From positions 33,221 to 97,220 of the forward strand of contig DAIUDF010000001.1 of assembly GCA_036845785.1 (NCBI GenBank): a stretch of DNA of 64,000 nucleotides. Direction: 5' to 3'. The notes beneath the pieces were generated by a model that had not been told where the DNA came from, searched no databases, and saw only the letters and a list, made by a program, of their open reading frames with translations. Made by a program: the position numbers and the translations under genes. Positions 57,978 to 64,000 of the stretch are shown one piece after another. The DNA is from Candidatus Moraniibacteriota bacterium. Its GTDB lineage: Bacteria; Patescibacteriota; Minisyncoccia; Moranbacterales; GWC2-37-73. Each line of letters starts with the position of its first letter. Position 1 is the stretch's first letter.

Positions 57978-58244
57978 TTATTTTCCAAATTTATATTTCT
58001 TTTCAATCGGTTCTTTGATTTTCCAGGTGCAATCCAATCCTGGTGGGAAAATTACGAAATCACCGGCACCAAATTCCACTTTTTCTCCGCCGGAAGTTGT
58101 GACTTCCGCCTTGCCTTTGAGAATCAGGCAAGTTTCCTGATCTGAATAGCTCCAAGGAAATTCCGAAACCTCCTTGGTCCAGGTCGACCAATTTTCAGCT
58201 GTTTTTATTTCTTCTTCTGTCGGTTTTCTGACTTCAATAGACAT
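57978..58244 (-). CDS. cupin-domain protein
   Basis: Cupin_3-like motifs GEKVEFGAGDFVIFPPG. Confidence 0.6.
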   Translation of the reverse strand: MSIEVRKPTEEEIKTAENWSTWTKEVSEFPWSYSDQETCLILKGKAEVTTSGGEKVEFGAGDFVIFPPGLDCTWKIKEPIEKKYKFGK

Positions 58245-58339
58245 AGTGATATATTTTTTAATTTTTATTTGTTACGTAGCATGCTACGTAGCATTTAATA
58301 CAAACGATATCTGAATTTTACGCCGAAATTCAGCTTTGG

Positions 58340-58381
58340 GCAAACAAAAACGGCAGACTTCTTATTGAAGCAAGTCTGCCG
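58340..58381 (-). terminator. intrinsic terminator after 58405..58989
   Basis: cggcagacttgcttcaataagaagtctgccg hairpin followed by TTTTTGTTT on the minus strand. Confidence 0.6.
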
Positions 58382-58404
58382 TATTAACTTATATTGCCGC
58401 TTAA

Positions 58405-58989
58405 TTATCGTAATGTAGACAAACTTCTTTTGCGGAAAAGCCTTCTGTCGCTCACGACATCCACCATTGGCCAACCCGCTGTTTGTCGAGCATTTATAGC
58501 CAATGTTGCAGTATTGGGCGAAAAATCCAGATTTTTCTCTTTCTTTCGTGATTTTTTGCGCTTAGCGGATTTGTTTGCCGGCTTTAGTTTTTTAACTTGC
58601 CGTTTCACAACTTTATTATCAGCCCCTCTGATCATTTTTATAGTAATTTTATCGGCAGGTATAATTTTATTGAATCGTCTTTTTACTTTATTGCCAATTA
58701 GGCAATAGTTGACCGAAACAAAATTCAAAAAAATAAAACCTTTCATTTTGACCAATTCTGGCCGGCGTAATTTATCAGCAAAGCGCTTTTTTATTTTAAG
58801 CATCTTAGCTTGTAATTTTTTTCGATCATTTTCCAATTCTATTTGTTCTTGGCACTTGGATATTTTTTTATCAATAGCCGGCAAAATATTACGCAACTCT
58901 GAAAACAAAATTATTTGCATCAATTTCTCAATCATTCTTCTGTTCAACGTTTCTGCTTCATCAAATAATTCTTGCAATGTTTTCTTCAT
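58405..58989 (-). CDS. hypothetical highly basic protein
   Basis: 194-aa ORF with a K/R-rich C-terminal half. It has its own terminator and a conserved upstream leader repeat. Confidence 0.45.
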   Translation of the reverse strand: MKKTLQELFDEAETLNRRMIEKLMQIILFSELRNILPAIDKKISKCQEQIELENDRKKLQAKMLKIKKRFADKLRRPELVKMKGFIFLNFVSVNYCLIGNKVKRRFNKIIPADKITIKMIRGADNKVVKRQVKKLKPANKSAKRKKSRKKEKNLDFSPNTATLAINARQTAGWPMVDVVSDRRLFRKRSLSTLR

Positions 58990-59037
58990 GTTCTTTCTCC
59001 TTTATGTTTATTTTATTCATTATTTTAAATTGCTCTT

Positions 59038-59097
59038 TATCCAAAGCTTTTGATAAAGTTTTTTATCATAACAAACAATTTTCAAAAATGCAAACCG
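59038..59097. repeat. leader repeat H, two copies (59038-59097 and 59680-59745)
   Basis: ttatccaa...gataaagt.tt.atcataacaaa....aaaaatgcaaacc shared upstream of two adjacent small-gene units. Confidence 0.6.
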
Positions 59098-59165
59098 TAT
59101 ATGATTCAGGGGCGACACCATTTGGTGCGCCCCCTTTGTTAACATTTTTCTTTGTGATGATGGAT

Positions 59166-59489
59166 TTATTTGCGTCCATCACGGAGAACTCTGTATTTTA
59201 GAGCTTTGGGAAGATAGAAACTATGCTTCACATTGGCAGGAACCAGAACTGCCATTGCTCTTTTTGGATCAAATCTTATCCAATAAGAAACCCCGTTCAA
59301 ACAAAGATTGCATCGGCCTTTGCCGGGAGGAAGGATAATCCATTCATTCGACTTGTGTATATCTTCGGGAATCATTGTTTTGGCTTCGAAGTCATGATCA
59401 ACAACAGGATATTCTTTTTCTGTTTCTCTGAGACCTTTTTCTGCCTCATCTACACTTGAATAAAAAATTTTTATTAGTTTAACAGACAT
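59166..59489 (-). CDS. hypothetical protein (107 aa)
   Basis: Start at MSVKLIK preceded by tggaggtaaaaATG. The M1 of the ORF-track ORF is the SD itself. Confidence 0.5.
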   Translation of the reverse strand: MSVKLIKIFYSSVDEAEKGLRETEKEYPVVDHDFEAKTMIPEDIHKSNEWIILPPGKGRCNLCLNGVSYWIRFDPKRAMAVLVPANVKHSFYLPKALKYRVLRDGRK

Positions 59490-59887
59490 TTTTACCTCCA
59501 TTTAATTTGGCGTTTCCTGAACAGCACTTTTGCCTTTCTTTTTTACTGGTTTATTAAGCCTTCGATTTGCCCTTTCAGGTCTTACGGTTTTGGATTTAAT
59601 CAGTCGCGGTCTTGGTTCATTCTTTGACATATAAACCTCCTTAGGAATATTTTAGTTTATTTATAATATTAAGAACTTCTTATCCAACATTGTGTGATAA
59701 AGTATTTCATCATAACAAAACTAACTAAAAATGCAAACCCCGCACTAACTTTGCACAAGCGCGAAGCGCTAATCGGCAAAGCCAGTGCAAGGTTAGTGCG
59801 GGGCAAATACCCTTGTTACGTAGCATGTACGTAGCAAAAAAACACCCTGCACAAGCAGAGTGTTTTTCAAAATTTGTATAAGCTGTA

Positions 59888-60340
59888 TTATTGCAATTCT
59901 TCTTCCACGATTTTTTTCACCACATTTCCATCCGCTTGGCCCTTCAGCTTGCCCATGGCCTGGCCCATGACTTTGCCCATTTCCGATTTGGAATTGACAC
60001 CGGAAACAGAAATTATTTCTTTCACGATTTTTCTGATTTCCTCTTCCGAAAGTTGCGCTGGCATGTAGACTGACAAAATTTCAATTTCAGCTTTTTCGTT
60101 TTCAGCCAGTTCCGGACGTCCACCAGCTTCATATTGGGCTACGCTGTCTTTTCTTTGTTTAATTCCGCGCGCAATCACTTCAATAATTTCTTCATCATTG
60201 AGTCCTGTTTCTCTTTTTTTCTTCTCGATTTCAGTATTTTTAATGGCACTATCCAAAAGGCGCAGCGTGTCTCTTTTTTTGGCATCACCGGCTTTCATAG
60301 CCTCTTTGAGATCGGCAATAATTTTTTCTTTTAAGCTCAT
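59888..60340 (-). CDS. yqeY: GatB/YqeY-domain protein
   Basis: Full-length YqeY family signature. Confidence 0.8.
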   Translation of the reverse strand: MSLKEKIIADLKEAMKAGDAKKRDTLRLLDSAIKNTEIEKKKRETGLNDEEIIEVIARGIKQRKDSVAQYEAGGRPELAENEKAEIEILSVYMPAQLSEEEIRKIVKEIISVSGVNSKSEMGKVMGQAMGKLKGQADGNVVKKIVEEELQ

Positions 60341-60344
60341 TTTT

Positions 60345-60596
60345 TTATTGATTAAGTTTCAATTTAATTCTGCGAAGAGCTTCTTCATCGAATTTGCCCA
60401 TTTTTTTAAGTTTGTCGATTTCTTTGCGGATTTTTACTTTATAGAGAGCTTCTTGGCGCTTTTCTGTTTTGCTTTTCTCTTCATTTTTAAAACGAGTCCG
60501 GCGGGCACGCACCAAAACACCGCTTTGTTGAATTCGGCGGGAAAATCTGCGCATCAAACTTTCAGTTGTTTCCTTTTCTTTTCTTCTGACTTCAAT
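60345..60596 (-). CDS. rpsU: 30S ribosomal protein S21
   Basis: MIEVRRKEKETTESLMRRFSRRIQQSGVL. The ORF-track extension upstream of this start is hydrophobic junk. Confidence 0.8.
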   Translation of the reverse strand: MEVRRKEKETTESLMRRFSRRIQQSGVLVRARRTRFKNEEKSKTEKRQEALYKVKIRKEIDKLKKMGKFDEEALRRIKLKLNQ

Positions 60597-60771
60597 CATA
60601 CAATGCCTCCTTTCTAAATAGTATGTGGTATAAAGTATCTGGTATGCGGTATAAATACCGAATACGAAATACAAAATACTAAATACTTATATGTTTATAA
60701 CCTAACATATTATAACGATAAATTCAAATAAGTCAATCCCGTGCCAATTTGGTGCGGGATCAAGATGATTT

Positions 60772-62229
60772 CTATGAGCTTTGTTCTTCATGAGACACCA
60801 CCACATTATTTTTCAGGATTTTTTTGACTGCATTTACCAGTTTTTCATTTGTAACTGTTTCTTGTGTTCCACTGACCATGTCTTTAATAATCACTGTTTC
60901 ATCCAAGGCTTCTTTTTGGCCGACAATCAAGGTCACTTCCACTCCCAAACGATCAGCCACTCGAAGCTGCGATTTAAGGCTACCTCGTCCGAAACTTTCC
61001 GCTGTCAAAATTCCGTTTTTTTGCAGTTCAGCAAAAATATTCAGGCTTTTTTTCTTAGCCAATTCTCCGAGTTGCGCCAAAAATACGCGCGGCTTTGGTT
61101 CAATATACATTTTAGCGTGGACTCTTTTCATTTCAGATACCAACCTGTCCATTCCCACGCCAAAACCAATAGCCGGTGTATGCTCGCCGCCCAATTCTTC
61201 AATCAAATAATCATAACGTCCGCCGCCGCCCAAAGAATATTTTTTGCCTTCTTCATCATTAGACCATATTTCAAAAACAGTTTTTGTATAATAACTGAGT
61301 CCCCTGACTAAGCGTGGATTTATCATATAAGGCAGATCCAGTTCATCCAAATATTCCAAAATATGCTTGAAATGAGTGTGGCATTCAGGACAAAGCCGAT
61401 CGATTGATTGCGGTGCCGTAGCCGCTACTTGAATGCATTTATCTTCTTTGCAATCTAAAATACGCAGTGGATTTGTTTCCAGACGTTTTTTGCAATTTTG
61501 GCAGAGCTTTTGCTTTTTCGATTCAAAATAGGCCACCAAAAGTTCCTGATAGCTTTTGCGGCATTTTGGACAGCCAATAGAATTAACTTGAAATTGGATA
61601 TTTTTAATTCCCAAGCTTGTTACAACCCGATGCGCCATTTGAATCAGTTGCGCATCCAAAATAGGATCTTGTTCGCCAAAAGCATCGAAGTTGGCCTGGA
61701 AATGTTCGCGATATCTGCCTTCTTGCGGACGATCATATCGATAGACAGGACCGGTTGAAAAAAGTTTTACCGGTTTGGAAAGAACGTTCATGCCATGTTG
61801 GATATAGGCACGACCAAGACCGGCAGTTAATTCCGGACGCAAAGATACCCGGTCTCCGCCTTTGGTATTGAAAATATACATTTCTTTGTCGACAATATCA
61901 GTGCCTTCGCCAATTGAACGGACAAAAAGGTTGGCATATTCCAAAACTGGAGTATCTATGCGGCCAAAACCATATTCCAAAGCAATGCGGGCAATTACAC
62001 GCCTAATCTGATTCCAATATGGCTGATCTGATGGCAGCAAGTCGCGCATGCCTCGCGGCGGCTGCAAAAGAATTTCTTCTTGCGGTTCTATGTATTTTTC
62101 TTTTTTATTCCTAGTTGCTTTTTTTATATTTTTTTTCTTCACGGCCAATTTCTTTTTGATTTTTTTTAGAGGTTTCTTTTTGGAACTTTTTTTACTTTTA
62201 GCCATACTCGATAAAGATACAATGACCAA
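60772..62229 (-). CDS. hisS: histidyl-tRNA synthetase with K-rich N-terminal extension and Cys-rich insertion
   Basis: Class II motifs (RGMRDLLP, YRYDRPQEGRYREHFQ, GGGRYD) plus a CPKC...CQNC...C...CPEC insert. Confidence 0.9.
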   Translation of the reverse strand: MVIVSLSSMAKSKKSSKKKPLKKIKKKLAVKKKNIKKATRNKKEKYIEPQEEILLQPPRGMRDLLPSDQPYWNQIRRVIARIALEYGFGRIDTPVLEYANLFVRSIGEGTDIVDKEMYIFNTKGGDRVSLRPELTAGLGRAYIQHGMNVLSKPVKLFSTGPVYRYDRPQEGRYREHFQANFDAFGEQDPILDAQLIQMAHRVVTSLGIKNIQFQVNSIGCPKCRKSYQELLVAYFESKKQKLCQNCKKRLETNPLRILDCKEDKCIQVAATAPQSIDRLCPECHTHFKHILEYLDELDLPYMINPRLVRGLSYYTKTVFEIWSNDEEGKKYSLGGGGRYDYLIEELGGEHTPAIGFGVGMDRLVSEMKRVHAKMYIEPKPRVFLAQLGELAKKKSLNIFAELQKNGILTAESFGRGSLKSQLRVADRLGVEVTLIVGQKEALDETVIIKDMVSGTQETVTNEKLVNAVKKILKNNVVVSHEEQSS

Positions 62230-62374
62230 GATACAAACACCAAATAATATTCAATGACCAAATTCCAATAATCAAACCGTTTTGTTATTTTAGTTATTGG
62301 TGATTGTGATTTGTTTGGTTATTGTTTCTTGTTTCTTGGTTATTTATATATCTAAAATTTAATTACATACCTTT

Positions 62375-63061
62375 TTACAATATCTCTGCTTTAGTTATAG
62401 GCCAAGCCCTGAGCAAAACTTTGCCGATTATGTCTTTTTGCGGCAAAACTCCCCAGCCGCGGGAATCATAACTGGCATTCCTATTATCTCCTAAAACAAA
62501 ATATTCATTATTTTTCAGCTTAATATTAACGTTGCCATTGGTAATCACATTTTTTGCAATGTATCCATTTTCATTAAGATTTATTCCCTCCGGATTTTGT
62601 TCGTTATAAATTATGACTTTTCCGTTTTCAATTTTCACCTGTTCGTTCGGCAAGCCAATAACTCTTTTAATAAAAAATTGCTGCGGATTTTTTGGATAAC
62701 GGAAAACAATCGTATCCAGTCTTTGAGGATCTTTAAATGATTTGACGGTAAACAAATGTTTTCCGGCAATAATGATGCTGGTTTGCTTGTATCCAAATTC
62801 ATTTACGATCAAATAATCTCCATCTTGAAAATTGGGTTCCATGCTGGCTCCCTGGACGAAAAAAGGTTGGAAGAGAAACATGCGGATAGGTACGATGATA
62901 ACTATCGCCCATAAAAAAACCTTGACAACTTCCCATAAAAATCCGCCTACTCCGAAATAAACTTCCTCATTTTCTTCCGGAATTGATTCATTTTCCAGTT
63001 TTTCTTTTGTTTTATCCTCCATTCTTGCTCTGAACAAAAGCTGCCTTTTCTTAGAAAGCAA
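62375..63061 (-). CDS. lepB: signal peptidase I
   Basis: GASMEPNF and GDNRNASYDSRGWG boxes. Confidence 0.85.
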   Translation of the reverse strand: MLSKKRQLLFRARMEDKTKEKLENESIPEENEEVYFGVGGFLWEVVKVFLWAIVIIVPIRMFLFQPFFVQGASMEPNFQDGDYLIVNEFGYKQTSIIIAGKHLFTVKSFKDPQRLDTIVFRYPKNPQQFFIKRVIGLPNEQVKIENGKVIIYNEQNPEGINLNENGYIAKNVITNGNVNIKLKNNEYFVLGDNRNASYDSRGWGVLPQKDIIGKVLLRAWPITKAEIL

Positions 63062-63162
63062 TTTATTGCTTAATTTAAAAAATTAAAAATATTCGTTTCT
63101 AAATACTAACATGCAATTTGCCTCTAAGCAATAGCTGAATTTGTGCTTAAAAAAGCCTTTTT

Positions 63163-63192
63163 TTGACATTTAGGCCCTTTTGGGGTTATTAT
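63163..63192 (+). promoter_or_regulatory. sigma70-like promoter for the LCP gene
   Basis: TTGACA, 18 bp spacer, TATTAT. Confidence 0.4.
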
Positions 63193-63427
63193 ATAAGAGC
63201 AGACATAACAAATAAAAAGAAATTTAACAGGGCAGGGCCCGTAATTCTTCCTTTGTCAGATGGATAGCTTGCGAAAAAGGCGATTTGAAAAACCGCCGGA
63301 AAAAAATCAAATATTTCAGCAAAACATTTCCATTCCCCCTGCCCCCCACAGAGAAGAGATTTTTATTTCCTCAAAAGATTCTCAAGCAACGGATACTTAT
63401 GAAAAAAAATTCCAGCGGGGACGTTTG

Positions 63428-64000
63428 ATGAAAAAAATTATTTTCATTCTAATGATTGCTGCCATTGCCGTTTTTTTGTCCTATGTTTCTTTTCTTTTTT
63501 TCAAGACCTATGGCACTTTCAAAAAAATCAGCCTGAAATCTGATTCTGAAGCCAAATCAATAAACCTGACTGAATATGCCCGCGAAGTTGTTTCTCCGAT
63601 AATTCCCAAAGAAAAACAAATGCTTCGTGGCGAAGAATCGGGCCGGATCAATATATTGCTTCTGGGCGCAGCCGGTGAAAAAAAACCAGGCAACAATTTG
63701 ACTGACACGATCATGTTGATGAGCGTTGACACAAAAAACAAAAAAGTGTCTCTTCTTTCATTACCCAGAGATCTCTATGTCAACATTCCTGATTCAGAAA
63801 GTTATTCTAAATTAAACACTCTTTATCCGATCGGCCTGAAACAAAATAGCGGGATTGATCTTATTAGGTCAGCCGTTTCAGAAATCACTGGCTTAAAAAT
63901 AAATTACTATTTAGTGATTGATTTTGACAGTTTCGAAAAAATCATCAATGACATTGGCGGAATCAATATCACTAATGAGCGCGATATTTATGACCCAAGA
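63428..64000 (+). CDS. LytR-CpsA-Psr (LCP) family protein, 5' portion (runs off window end)
   Basis: N-terminal TM, then INILLLGAAGEK...TDTIMLMSVD...LSLPRDLYVNIP. Not in the ORF track because there is no stop codon within the window. Confidence 0.75.
   Translation, partial: MKKIIFILMIAAIAVFLSYVSFLFFKTYGTFKKISLKSDSEAKSINLTEYAREVVSPIIPKEKQMLRGEESGRINILLLGAAGEKKPGNNLTDTIMLMSVDTKNKKVSLLSLPRDLYVNIPDSESYSKLNTLYPIGLKQNSGIDLIRSAVSEITGLKINYYLVIDFDSFEKIINDIGGINITNERDIYDPR

Noticed and set aside
59502-59631. 42-aa basic small protein initially read from this region.
   Set aside because: On careful re-reading, an in-frame TGA follows codon 18. The longer product exists only in the +1 frame, so it is reported as a possible frameshift rather than a gene.
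63508-63741. 77-aa minus-strand ORF.
   Set aside because: It is antisense to the LCP-family gene that starts at 63428 and runs off the window.

Overview
This window is an AT-rich bacterial region (about 35-40% GC), almost entirely transcribed on the minus strand, with strong Candidate Phyla Radiation (CPR) signatures. rpmD (L30) is absent between rpsE and rplO. Many ribosomal proteins carry extensions or extra domains: L24 with a C-terminal Cys4 tail, S14 type Z, and L22, L23 and S19 extensions. Coding content is compact and starts mostly lack a Shine-Dalgarno (SD) motif.

The backbone, all on the minus strand, runs rpsL-rpsG-fusA, then a 13.8 kb insertion, then tuf-rpsJ-rplC-rplD-rplW-rplB-rpsS-rplV-rpsC-rplP-rpmC-rpsQ-rplN-rplX-rplE-rpsZ-rpsH-rplF-rplR-rpsE-rplO-secY-adk-map. 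Flanking these are fba/tpiA, galT-like, a GT2 glycosyltransferase and ruvX on one side. On the other side are a ParB-like protein, an HhH-GPD-like protein, an M50 protease, rpmB, a DnaQ-like exonuclease, a YgjP hydrolase, a transglutaminase-like protein, NUDIX, tRNA-Pro(GGG), ndk, a split comEC, nrdR-nrdD-nrdG, ftsZ-ftsA, dgkA, ybeY, flavodoxin, cupin, yqeY, rpsU, hisS, lepB and an LCP-family gene.

The most interesting content is an accessory island (about 20240-34017) lying between tuf and fusA, inside the otherwise conserved str/S10 gene order. It holds a tightly packed six-gene candidate defense operon: an NPPF adenine methyltransferase, a zinc-ribbon/TM protein, an unknown protein, a DUF262(DGQQR)-HNH nuclease, a zinc-ribbon protein and a PD-(D/E)xK-like protein. 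Next to it are DUF3800, Fic, AbrB-like plus GNAT, HD, a lipoprotein and an mTERF-like tandem-repeat protein. Single-gene cassettes on the fusA side are separated by a conserved palindromic element (ccccGTTAAATA...TATTTAACgggg). That element also recurs elsewhere in the window, including once in-frame inside comEC.

The ribosomal-protein supercluster is also littered with several families of conserved 90-170 bp intergenic repeat or leader elements that abut SD-less start codons. A clear NrdR box overlaps the promoter of nrdR-nrdDG. No rRNA or CRISPR array was found, and only one tRNA.
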